From the NCBI GenBank assembly GCA_964016885.1, contig OZ024740.1:410192001-410256000 (forward strand): a DNA stretch of 64,000 bases. The letters are read 5' to 3'. The DNA comes from Eledone cirrhosa. Taxonomy: Eukaryota. Shown here piece by piece: positions 52,215 to 64,000 of the stretch (the first letter of the stretch is position 1; each line of letters begins with the position of its first letter). The notes under the pieces were generated by a model. It was not told where the DNA came from. It worked only from the letters and a program-made list of their open reading frames with translations, and searched no databases. Both the position numbers and the translations under genes were made by a program.

Positions 52215-52930
52215 GTGTCTGTGTCTGTGTGTGAATGAAAGTATAAATTTAAAATCTACAATATTCATATTGTGTTAAAGTCGCAATTTCTGTGCACACT
52301 GAGAGACGAGCAATATATATTTATAGTAAATATAGATTTCTTACTGAGGAACAAAACCAGTAATTTATAGAAAGCTAAATCGGGTTGTATGACATTCAAT
52401 CTTATCTGAAGAGCATTAACGAGCTAAGAGAAGTGAATGCTATTCAGTTGAGAAACAAAACTTTTGAAATAAGCTCACCAGGTATCTACTTAATATTCTA
52501 GATCATTCATCACACTGAACATAAAATATAATCCTGTATTTTAGAAGTGGGTGAATGTAGGAATTTATGGTGTTCATAAGGACATTGTCGAACAGAAGTG
52601 ATTTTGCATGAAACGAAAATCAAAACTGAAAGGAATTTTGTTACTTAAAACCATAAATCACTAGTTATAAAAATATACTTGTTTATTCCTGAGATCAAGA
52701 CGGTGCCTACCAAAGTCATTCAAGCTGCTAGAAATACCAGGCAAATTCTCCTGAATCTACATCCTGCCATTTTAAAAAAGGAAAACATATTGGATAAGGT
52801 AGTCCGGAATATATTGGAAATAAGATGGTTATATTTGATAGCATGCATTAATGATACACCTGATTCATCAGAATTGCTTAGTGACAAAACACCAACATCA
52901 GTAGAAGCAGTAGCAGCATCTTTTCCATTC
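51753..52930. repeat. 364-bp near-identical direct duplication (51753-52116 and 52567-52930)
   Basis: Only about three substitutions are visible between the copies. Confidence 0.9.
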
Positions 52931-54061
52931 CCATGATACCAATATTTAGAAGCAAATATTTTATTTCTCAGATTAAGGAAAAATGATCTAACACTTTTAC
53001 AGCTAGTGAGTATCACTAGCTGTAAGAGAAAACCAGACTTCAAAACTGATATGAAATGTATCCCAGCTTATCAGTAAAACTGACAGATTATTAATTTTTT
53101 TGCCCCTAACAAAAAACACAAACTCTTTGTACTTTCCCTAAGAATAATCTCCAACATAGAATAAATTATATCTTCTAAGTTTCGATAAATTATGTAATTT
53201 AAAATTTTCATTCTGAATAGACGAACAAATTTTTAGGCAATATGAATCAAATCTCAATAACGAGAAAATACGAGTTTTAATTTGAAGCAATGGATTAATT
53301 ATAGGACATTAACATAATCTTTTAATTTGAAGTATGTTTTAAAGAAAATCAAACAATATATTTCTAAAGAATTATCAAATTTAAAATTCAAATTCATATT
53401 TTTTATAAAGCTGTATCCGTTTTGTTGCAATTACAACATTTCAAAATATTAGCAAGGAATATTGAAAATTTAGTTAATAAAAACATTGATGTTTTAGAAT
53501 AAATTGGCTTAATTAGTATTTTGATAAAATATGAAAAGCTGAGAGCAACCATCACATTTTATTTTGAATTATAAGCAGTAAAGAAATACATCGTTTGTCA
53601 ATGTATAGTATATACCATTCAAGGTTAATATATGCAGAGATACATAGATTAAAAAAAATATATATATACATAGATTTTCATTCATTTATTTAATTACTTA
53701 TACTAATAATGGAAAGGTAGGGTTCATATACACATGCACACATACAGGTATACTTATATACATTAATTCATATCTCTATTCATACAGATAAGCACATGTG
53801 TGTTTGAATATATCTATATGTATCCTGAGTTCAATCGGGGGTAACTACAGTATGTAAGGTACTCAATACATAGCAGAGTATATACAATATTGAATATAGA
53901 AATGGCTTCTACAAGACTAGAACTGTATATATATATATATATTTCTTTTATATTCAGTTATAATATACGGCTCGGAAAAATCTCTTTCCTAGAGCTATTT
54001 TATTGTAAGAGACTATTTTGAGTTTCTAACTCAATATATACCTTTGATATATATATATCAA

Positions 54062-54092
<31 letters not shown>

Positions 54093-54179
54093 GGAAAAGG
54101 TAAACAGACATAACAACAAAATCGGTACAGTATATGGGAGGGATATATTAGGTTAACGCTTGATATAGCAGGAAGAGGG

Positions 54180-54215
54180 TCTTAACGTTTCGGGTGCTAG
54201 TCCTTCATCAGTAGA
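54180..54215 (-). ncRNA. Degenerate minimal hammerhead motif in a solo pLTR-like insert (about 54092-54312)
   Basis: Minus strand: tcta-CTGATGA-agg actagca ccc-GAAACGTT-aaga; (TA)n flanks. Confidence 0.6.
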
Positions 54216-54435
54216 AAGAATGAGAAATAAGATAGATTGAGGGGACGGGTGGGTTGGAATTGGAAAAAATGTCTTTAGATAAAAATAACAGGTCCATTCA
54301 TGTTGACATCTCTATATATATATCTAGGACGGGTAAATTCCCGAGATCCATGGATGAGTTCTCTCCAGCGGTCTCTGTCCCTCATCATCGCTGCCATGTA
54401 GATATATATATATATATAACGAAGGAAGTGTGGTA

Positions 54436-54806
54436 AATTAAATTTCGTTTGTGTAGATCAGATGCGCAAACAAAAGAAATGTAGAAGATTGCTTACCAAA
54501 TATTTTTTCTCGACGTCTTCTTTGCAATCAGCGTACGTTGACAGGAAGTGTGGTAAGGAACCAGGTGGACCATAACGCACCAGAGTACACGATACTGGGT
54601 AGTAGAGTGGGTAATAGGAAAAGAGTCAGGACCCCGACGACTGAGCTCCGGCCGTTTCAGCAGCTAGGTCTGTATATATATATACACACACAAAGAAGTC
54701 AAATTAAATTTCGTTTGTGAAGATCAGATGCGCAAACAAAAAAAGTGTGGAAGATTGCTTACCAAATATTTTTTCCTCGACGTCTTCTTTGCAGTCAGCG
54801 TACGTA
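54436..54806. repeat. About 105-bp local direct repeat (54436-54538 and 54701-54806)
   Basis: aattaaatttcgtttgtg.agatcagatgcgc...cagcgtacgt is duplicated. Confidence 0.8.
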
Positions 54807-54949
54807 GACGGTTATTGTACAGAAACATATGTTAAATAATAAACTCTGAATAAATTTCTCCTTCTGACCAGTTTTTCCTAACTAGTTATTCCTGTTTTCC
54901 TTGGTACCATACTTATCTAAATTATCATATATTATCGTTTGTAAGTATG

Positions 54950-55018
<69 letters not shown>

Positions 55019-55451
55019 GCATACTTACAAACGAAATATCGTGTAATTCTTTTACTGTTTGATTTATATGTTGCCTTCCATACTGTTATAAGTGCTTTCC
55101 AGAGGAAATAGCTGTCAGAAAGAATAGATCTTGGAAATGTTTTATCCTACTCACAAAGTCACAGAGAAAATGATAACGAATCGTTTTAAAAGAAACGTTC
55201 TTTTTGTATTCATTTGAACTAATATCTAATATCCATCTTTGTTAAATTTCTAGACTATTCTATTTAATATTTCTTGCAGTTCAGTGTAGAGAAAACCCCC
55301 CTCTTTAACGAAAAGTACACAGGGGTTTATTACTCCGAGGTTCACAGTGGCTTTTCTGTTCCTTCTTTATCCATTTCAGAAATATTGCCGAATTGTGTCA
55401 TTATGACTAAAAACTCGATATACGTTCTTTTCATTAAACTTAATAAGGATT

Positions 55452-55885
55452 TCTAACTTAGTCACAAGGCTAGTAATTCTGGTGAGAGGGTTAAGTCAAC
55501 TGTACTGTCACCAGTACTTTATTGGTACTATATTTTATCGACCACTGAAGGATGGCAGTCAAAGTTAACCTCGGCGTGATTTAAATTCAGAACATAAAGG
55601 GTCAAAATAAATACTGCTAAGCATTTGTCCGACGCTCTAACGACTCTGCCTGTAGACTACCCTCATCATTAAGCTTAATAATGGTTTATGATATAGGCAC
55701 AAGGCCAGCAGTTTTGGGAGAGGGGATAGCCGATTAAATCGACCCCAGTGTGTAACTGGTACTTTATTTTATCGACCCCATAAGGATAAAAGGCAAAACT
55801 AACCTCGGAGGCATTTGAACTCAGAACGTAAAGGGATATAACTCTACGCCACAGAGCATAGTGTCCGACGCTCTACCGATACTGA
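55452..55885 (-). mobile_element. Two tandem Meta-like SINE copies (about 55452-55660 and 55684-55885)
   Basis: The ggtactttattttatcgacccc...aacctcgg motif occurs twice. Confidence 0.8.
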
Positions 55886-56279
55886 ATAATAAAAACAATA
55901 TGCAAACTATTTTCTGACAAACCATTTTTAGAATACATCAAGATTTGATTTAAATGCGATACACTTTTAACATCTATTGGCACGTATGTTTTAGTGTGCA
56001 TTTAATTAATAATTTAAATTGAAAATTGTGAATAATTGGATGATGTGCTTTTTGACTGTTCAGTCAGGTCGGGAGATGTAGCATCAATGAGCCTGCACTT
56101 AGTCAGAGTTTCTAAATCATTATCCTAACATATTGTAACATCCACGAATATGAGATCGAGCGAATTTGTGATGGTATATTTTGATGAATGTTGGATAAGC
56201 TTTGATATGCATTGAACCAAGAGAAAGGATTCAAATCTGGTGACATAAGGTTTAAGATGATATTGCATTCATCTACCTC

Positions 56280-56950
56280 TATTGTTGCCTCTGTTGTTAC
56301 TGCTATTGTCCTTATTTCAGTTGTTGCTGTTGTTGTTGCTGCTGCTGTTACTACTGCTGTTGTTGCTACTACCGTTGTTGTTGCTGTTGTTACTGTTGTT
56401 GTTGCTGCTACTACTGCTGCTGTTGTTGTAGCTACTACGGTTATTGCTGTTGTTGTTATTGTTAGTTGTTGCTGCTGTTGTTGCTACTACTGTTGTTGCT
56501 GCTGTTGTTTCTGCTGTTGTTACTGCTGTTGTTGCTGCTACTACTGCTGCTGTTGTTGCTGCTACTGTTGAACAACTTTCACAACAACTGTACAAATACC
56601 AGTTATATAAAACTGGCGTCTTACTTGCAAAGCTATTATATAATTTGTTTGTATTAACAATTTACACTGAGTAGGAGATTGAAAACAATAACCACACCGA
56701 TAGATCTTCTTCTTCCCCCTCCTCCTCCTCCTCATCATCATCATATCATCATCATTGTCGTCGTCGTCACTATCGTCGCCGTCATCGCCGTCATCATCAT
56801 CATCATCATTACCACCACCACCACCATCACCACCACGAACAACAACAACCCCTACACCCACACCTCCACCCCAAACAACAACAACAACCCCCCACACTAC
56901 CCCCCCACCCCACCCCCATCAACAACAACAACAATAGCAACAACAACAGC
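56280..56950. repeat. Compound triplet low-complexity region (GTT/GCT/ACT; CAT/CAC/AAC)
   Basis: Read directly. Confidence 0.9.
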
Positions 56951-58031
56951 GACAAGACGAAAATGAAATAATAAATCAAACAGCGTATTTCTCCATTAAA
57001 GTGATGATATTTTATAAATCAAAAGATGAAGGAAAACGAAATGGTTAATATGGATTATCTTTGAAAAATGATGCCATTAGCAGGGTTAATGATTTTGACG
57101 AAAGATTAACCCTGTACCGTTAACCAGTAAATGAAATATTTCACAGTTAGGTCATTTTTATTTCTTTGAGAAGAACCAATATTTTTCTGTGCAGTTATAG
57201 GCTCCTCGTTTTACGAAGAATGAAACCATAAATCTTGATTGCTGATTGATTTGATCGCTGCTGTAAACTGATTTGTATAATTGGAAATATTTTCAATAAA
57301 CGCTGACAACATTTGTTGAACATTTTTGAGCTAAGAAATCAAAATGTACCTCCAGTTACCTAACTGCAATGTAGCCAAATTTCCATATCATCGTCCCCTT
57401 TCTCACACAACTCCTCCTGTTCATACATATAAATGAATCGGCTTAAATACTATAGGATATAGTCTCAAACAAATATATCTCTATAATGAAACAAAACACA
57501 ATACAAGCAGCTTAAATTATATCTAACATAACAGGATTTTATTTTAATGTTTTCGAGTATAAATTTTCCACATAAGATATTTATAAATAAAACTTGAAAA
57601 TCTACCACAAATTTGTACATAATTTCATTGGTACTAAATTATGTTCATTGTTATTCGTTCTTTATAGATGCTCTGCGTCAAATGAAAAAGTATTAAATTT
57701 TCTTTGATATACTACTAGTTTATTTTAGCTCGTATAATATCGGAATAGTGTTAAAATGTCGGATATAAATGGAATTACGTCATTTAAATATAAAAGATGA
57801 ACAGTAATTTAAAAACAGTATTAAAATATTACTGCTCCGTTAAGAAGTCAGTTCAAATCATACTTTCTCAGATGTATGTACCATACATATCATAAATACG
57901 GTACAATTCTTGTGGTTAAAAATTAAAAATGTCATTTTTCTAATATAGATTTTGTCGATGTTTTAATGGAATATATGCTAACCAAAGTAGACTTCATAGA
58001 AATATCACTTGTTGCATTGTAAACTCCTCTT

Positions 58032-58325
58032 GCATGCATACCCCCGTGCGCTGCAAGCAGCATGTTCAGCTGATGCTTATCCCGGTTTTATGGCCTGAAG
58101 CGACTAGGAGTACAGAACTCCCCCCGCTCCCGCCCCCTGGACAGGACGCCAGTCCATTGCAGTGTTAAACCCCCAGCTATTGCTGGAACTCATTTTCTGC
58201 TGAGTATACTGGAGCTACGTAAAATGAAGTGTTTTGATCAAGAACACACGCAACCCAGGCCAGGAATCGAACCCACGACATTACGTAAGTCCAACACCCT
58301 TACCACTAGGCCACGCGTCTCCACA
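58032..58325 (-). mobile_element. tRNA-derived CORE-like SINE with a 44-bp flanking duplication
   Basis: Minus-strand head GTGGCCTAGTGGTAAG / GGTTCGATTCC; flanks 57988-58031 and 58329-58372 are duplicated. Confidence 0.82.
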
Positions 58326-59770
58326 GTATAGACGTCATAGAAATATCACTTGTTGCATTGTAAGCCCCTCTTAAAAGACATATCTTTCATCCGTTGTTTT
58401 AGCACAACTAACAAACATAATATATACCTTTTTACAGCTTAAAATCTATGAATTTTGTGTTTCATATATAGAAACAGTGATTTTTCCCAACTGTTTTTTT
58501 AAGACTTAGAATGTATCTGGTTATTTAAAAAGGATAGTGAGTTACCAGAATAACCTAAGTTATATTGATTATAACTATTCGATATTATTTCAAACTCCGT
58601 TGTTTTAATTTTTAATGAGTTGATAAGTACGTGTTATACAGTGGTATTGATTACATCGATTACAGTTCCCAAATAAGAAAGAAATTAAGGTTAATAAACA
58701 GTTAGTAAGTATTTATTGATCATACGCATGGGTTAACAATGAAAGTGCTCGCCGTTTCAAATCAATTGTAACCTTCTGTGTGAGCTTCAGAAGAATTTCT
58801 CTACGAGCTTTACTCGTGATATGAGTTGAGTTAAACACACCCAGGTAACGAACTACATATCAGTTATATAGTACTATGCAGCCCTTATTAATGTACTGCA
58901 TACATTATTAATGTACTGCATGCATATAAGTGTTACAGATTTTGTTTATGTTCAGCGTGGTATTAATAATCAGGCAACAGGTAGGATGGTTACAACTGTC
59001 AGTGGAAATGCTGAGTAAATATATTTTCATTTGCATCATGCAAACATTACGTCTATCTAGTCTAATTCAAACATTTAAACTGTGTTATATAATAGGGGAC
59101 ACTTTTATCAGTTAGATTCCTCTCCTAAACTATAATAAAAAAAACAACTACATAGAGAAATATCTAGGACGCTGGGTCAGTCTGTTTTTGACAAGTTGCT
59201 CAACTAAATAGGCCAATTTTATAATAGACATAATTATCAACTTCAGGTTGGCGGCTGGTTCGAATTCTTTCTGAAACACAACACTGTATCCATTAACTAT
59301 ACTTCTGACTTGTTAGTTGAATGTGCTAATATAAATTCTCATCCGCAATTATGGCATGATAGAAGTGATATAAAACCACGCCGCTGCATATATTTGTATA
59401 TCCACCATTACTCCAGATTGGGCTCAGAAATGAAAGTATCATTAAAACACCGAAACCATAAGGAGATCTGATTTCATTCTAAAGTTTATTGAAACCAATA
59501 ATTAATTGTAAATAGTATCTCATATTTCTAACTGCAGAATCCATAATGAGAGACACTTAACTTTCATTTTGAATTAGGATATGAAGGTTTTCAATATTAG
59601 AGATAATTTGATATTTTTGAAAGTCGAATAAAAAAAACATCTGCAGGGGACATAGTTCAAGATATTGGTTTAAAATATGATTGTAATAGTCATACAGCAA
59701 AAACATGACGTCAGCCACTTCATAAATATCGATATTAGGTTTCAATGTTCGAAATATATTACGAATAAAA

Positions 59771-59929
59771 ATAATTGTTTCTACTTTAGACACAAGGCCA
59801 GCAATTTGAGGGGGAGCAGAAAGTCGATTAAATGGACCCCAGTACGTTACTAGTGCTTTATTTTATCGAACCCGTAAGGATGAAAGGCAAAGCTAACCTC
59901 GGCGGGATTTGAACTCAAATCGTAAAGGG
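59771..59929 (-). mobile_element. Meta-like SINE copy (5'-truncated)
   Basis: Family motifs on the minus strand. Confidence 0.8.
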
Positions 59930-60189
59930 AAAACATACAAATATATATACATATCGACAATATAAATATTTTACTAATACGTTTGTTAAAGCCACTTCTA
60001 TTGTTTGAGTAGATGAGCTAAGTTTGTGGATATTAAGAAAATATTTCATGTTTCGAATGTTAGTATCAAACCAAGTAGCAGACAAGAAACGTTTGAATGC
60101 TGGACTAAATAGCTCACAGTATTTACTAGACTCTGTTAAAACTGTGACTGCCAACATTATAAATGTATTTTTATTTCCCCATTTATTTC

Positions 60190-60545
60190 TACTTGGACCC
60201 CGTACAGTCGAGCTCCTCCGCAAGATCAGAATGTCGGCAGCCCGTCTGAGGAAGGAGACCCGCAATGTTGGGTGACTGCTGCAGCGAATGTCACTGGCCA
60301 TTGTCCGTGGGAATGCTTTTGCGGCCTTGTCCGCGGGGCACAGTCCCTTTACCGCCGTGCGCTAGGCTCAGAGCCCAATCATCCTCCCTCTCATTCTTCT
60401 GTGACACTAGAGTCCTTGCCATTGCCTCCCTTTTTCGTTTTTTCTTTTTTCCTATTTTATATTCCATTCTTCTAAATCTAATTTTCTTTTTTTTTCTTTT
60501 TCTATTAAACTGTAATAACATGATATATTCCATAAATAAAGTTAT
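60190..60545 (+). mobile_element. CRE-clade LINE 3' end
   Basis: LLQRMSLAIVRGNA matches the QRxSxAxxRGNA C-terminal motif of CRE-type RLE proteins; T-rich UTR and AATAAA. Confidence 0.7.
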
Positions 60546-60559
60546 CTTTTTTTTCGGTA

Positions 60560-60770
60560 GGGCGGTGAATTGGCCGAATCGTTAGAGCGTATGACAAAAT
60601 TCTTCGTAGCATTTAGTTAAGTCCTGTTATGCATCATATTCAAATCCCACTGAAGTCAACTTTACCTTTCATCCTTCTGGGGTCGATAAAGAAATGTAGT
60701 GGCTTAGATTTAATCAACTTTTCTCTCGCTGCAAATTACAGGCCTTGTGCGTATGTTAGAAACAATTATT
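60560..60770 (+). mobile_element. Older Meta-like SINE copy
   Basis: tggccgaatcgttagagcg...cctttcatccttctggggtcgataaa. Confidence 0.75.
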
Positions 60771-61149
60771 TCATCCTTACAGTGTCAATAGATTTTGTTG
60801 GTGCTGGAATAACAAAAGCAGCATGTTATGGCAGGAATCATTTAACTTTCTGATTGGATGTCGATAAAATAATAACTAGTTTCGTACTAACGTAGATTTA
60901 GTTGACTATATCCATCTCTGTGAGGTGCCAATGTGATAAGTTCCAGGTGCTAAAGCGAGACATCATTAATATAAAGGATAAGGTGAGTGAGGAACATAAT
61001 ACGGCTACCATTCCTGGCTGAAGATATTTTACTATGTCTTCTTCTTCTTCTTCTTCTTCTTCTTCTTCTTCTTCCTCCCCATCCTCTTTGCCCCCCCCCT
61101 CTTTTTTCCTATGAAACAATAATCACGTGATATCCTCCCAGGCGTTGCA

Positions 61150-61730
61150 ATCATTTCACGGCAGTCGGATTAGGGTGCATGAGGTTCACACTCAGAGGTG
61201 GGTGGAGATCAGAGTACTCACACAGTATGTGTTCTGTAGTCTGCTCTCACGAATCATACTGACAAGCTGTTGATGGCCGCAGCCCGTGTGGTGCATGGCT
61301 GTATTGAATCAGCCGACACCTGTGCAGAGCAGATTAAGGGACACCCACTCCCTCCGAGAGAGTTTAGTGCCTGATCGGAGGGTTGTATTGAGGTTGATAT
61401 TCAACTGGGCCAGTCAAGATTTCTGTTGCCAGCAAGATCTCCACGTCTGAAACATGTTCGAGTTTGAGTTTCGCAGTTTTGCTGCTTGGCAAGAGAAAGG
61501 GCGGCGTGATATCAAGTAGCTTTGGTCTAGTAGCTGAGAATCCCCAGCGATGTCATGGAGCGGATGACGTGGGTCTATTGAGGCCTTGATTATCAACCTG
61601 TGTGAGTGATACTTTCTAAGAAGAGGAGCAGTTGGTGTAGGACGGAAACATCCAGTGATGGGCCTTAATATGTTGTTCAGGGCTGTATCTAGCTTCGAAG
61701 CATGGGAGTTCCTTGCACCATACAAGGGAG
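61150..61730 (-). mobile_element. Vingi/Ingi-like LINE 3' fragment
   Basis: LNNILRPITGCFRPTPT, HPL, LISRRP and LSRREWVSLNLLCTGVG on the minus strand. Confidence 0.7.
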
Positions 61731-61861
61731 GTGTATTTTGCAGCAAGAGGAATTTATTCTATAGTTCAAAGAGGACTATTTTAGGAAATGGGAATGGCTG
61801 TTGTTATGAAAAGAAACCAGACGTGGAAACCATTTGGGGCTAGCTGTACAATCCAGCGCAC

Positions 61862-62902
61862 CCAAAGACGGTAGTGGTGTCCCACAAGGCATTGTGTTGG
61901 GCCCCCCTTCTTTTCATTATCTATATAAATAACATTACTAATATCATCAAGCACAGCAACATAAGAATCTTCGCAGATGATTCCAAGCTCCAGAAGGTCA
62001 TCAATGGCGTGGGTGACCGGATATGCCTCCAATCAGACCAATGGGCGGAAAAGAACAATGTGCTGCTGAACGAGGATTAATTTGAACTAATCCACTTTCG
62101 AAAAGAAGATGCCCTGAAATTCCCATACTCCCTTCCTTCAAGTGAAACTCTCGTGGCATCCATCAACATCAGAAACTTGGGAGTAATTGTGGACAACAAC
62201 ATAAGCTGGGCCACTCAGATAAACAGCGAATTTGACATGGTCCGCAGAATGTGTTCCTGGATTCTCATAACCTCCAGTCGAGAGATATCCACACTATTAT
62301 CCTTCTTTCTCCACTTCTGCCCGACCCCACCTTGAATAGTGTTGTCCACTGTGGTCTCCCCACACGAAACAAAGTATCATGAAATCTGAGGCTCCTCAAA
62401 GGTCAATCACGAACAGAATAGATAGCATGTCAGGCCTTGCCTATTGGTGTCGACTAGAAAAACTCAAACTTTATTCTCTCCAACGCCGCCGTGAGCGCTA
62501 CAATATCTGCATGATGTGGACAATATGTTGGCATCACCTTTAAAGTACACCCAAGGCTTGGGAATCGTCCTATCCGCCCACAACAAAACTCGCATCTCAT
62601 AACAATACGGCCCAATTATTTCACCTCAATTGGCCCCGCTTTCTTTAACATTACATGAAAATACATTAAAACCGAAACAGACCCCATAAAGTTCAAGAAG
62701 TCTTTGGACAAATTCCTTCAAGAAATCTCGGATAAACCTCCTACACCCGGATATGTCTCCGTAAACAACAACTCTCTACTTGAGTGGGTCATGGTGTCCA
62801 AATTCTGATTTGAAAGACTTCGCCAGGTGGTGCTATTAAGTTAGACATGTAGACATGGCCTGGACCAATACTGGCCGAAACCTATCAAAGTTCTCAAAGT
62901 TA
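61862..62902 (+). mobile_element. CR1-clade LINE 3' fragment
   Basis: SGVPQGIVLGPLLFIIYIN, FADDSKL, PLWSPH and LKLYSLQRRRERY; short-repeat tail tcaaagtt twice. Confidence 0.85.
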
Positions 62903-63521
62903 TATATATATATGCTACCAAAATTAGATTAAAGATTCCATCTCGGTAAATCCGAGCATTTATATTAAATTAAAAGTCGAATGACATATATACAGTATAT
63001 ATATATAAAATAAACATATCAAACAATTACAGAGGATAATTTTTAAAGAGTGTAAACACACATAGTTACTGAGCTAACATTAAAAATAACAAGAACCTTG
63101 AATATAGATACCTTGCAAAAATGATTAATCTCCCTTTTATATGTTCCATTGAAGAAATATATTTCCCCATTAATCGGTGAATCAGAGATGTTTAAATCTT
63201 GGATCATCGGCAAAGGAGAAGATTTAACTATCTATGATTACACACTAAAAGCAAATCAGGGAATAATGGCGAAAAGCACATGTGGTTTTTAAAAAAAACA
63301 CATCACCCTGCCGTCAAGCCAGTGGCGTTAATAGGGTTATCGATAGCTAGAAATAACAGCCGAGTCTTTTCAACATAAAAAGCTCTACTCACAGACTTAC
63401 GAGCCGTAAAAACTACCAACATTAGATTAAGGATGCCATGTCTGAGAATATCAGAGCAAAGCGCCATACAAACAGTGGAATAAGCTCAAAGATTCCAAGT
63501 AGAAAATCCGAGCATTTATTA

Positions 63522-63613
63522 ACATTAAATTAAAAGTCGAATGACATATATATATAAAATAAACACATCAATTTATTTTATATATATATGTCATTCGACT
63601 TTTAATTTAATGT
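63522..63613. repeat. Perfect 42-bp inverted repeat with 8-nt spacer
   Basis: 63522-63563 and 63572-63613 are reverse complements; the left arm is also duplicated at about 62963-63020. Confidence 0.9.
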
Positions 63614-63643
63614 AAAGAATCTTGCTAAACAAATTCAGAAACG

Positions 63644-63678
<35 letters not shown>

Positions 63679-63681
<3 letters not shown>

Positions 63682-64000
63682 AAAAATTGAACGGGAACAA
63701 AACAGAGAGGCAATACGAACAAAGGTTTATTAGTTTCACGCTCTTGAGAGTGGGGTGGTGGTGGGGAACGACGTTTCGGGCATAAGCCCTTCTTCAGGTG
63801 AAAACTGTGTGGGAAGAGAGTTCCAAGGGTGTGTAGGGGAGTGGTGGAGAGACATAGAAAAAAGGGGTGAGAGGAAACGGTAAAAATGAAATTAAATATA
63901 AAAGCATGATAAAAATAAAAATAAAAATACACATGAAGTAAAACAGGTGGTGGAAGGGTGTGGGGCGTGTAGGGGTGGTGGCGGGTGGAGTGGGGAGAGG
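63679..64000 (-). mobile_element. pLTR of a related Penelope-like element (continues right of the window)
   Basis: Homologous to the 3' pLTR region ending at 13305. Minus strand carries CTGAAGA-A-GGGCTTATGCCC-GAAACGTCGTT at about 63766-63797. Confidence 0.88.

Noticed and set aside
52640-53043. Minus-strand hydrophobic peptide MAGCRFRRICLVFLAA as a host exon
   Set aside because: Immediate in-frame stop, no clear splice sites and no recognisable domain.
60246-60270. CTGAGGA-aggagaccc-GCAATGTT hammerhead-like string
   Set aside because: It lies within the CRE coding remnant and lacks GAAA.

Overview
AT-rich, microsatellite-dense animal DNA with no recognisable intact host gene. The SINE families and repeat landscape suggest an octopus or other cephalopod (inference). 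Mobile-element content: a near full-length but decayed Penelope-like element (PLE; RT + GIY-YIG, direct pLTRs) and two more fragments of its family; two head-to-tail Tx1/L1-clade LINEs bounded by (ATCT)n; fragments of RTE, R4/Dong, Vingi/Ingi, CR1 and CRE LINEs; an internally deleted hAT transposon (TIRs + 8-bp TSD) inside a SINE; a non-autonomous Helitron-like element; and many tRNA-derived Meta- and CORE-type SINEs. The main signal is a set of non-coding elements inserted into (TA)n tracts that carry type I hammerhead ribozyme motifs with palindromic stem III. They occur as retrozyme-like tandem units (530 nt and 446 nt), as fold-back inverted pairs with a hammerhead on each strand, and as solo copies. 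Four sequence-unrelated families share a non-canonical U.U at positions 10.1/11.1. A further structured, terminally redundant element of about 613 nt has no canonical ribozyme. All folds were assigned by eye and not computed.
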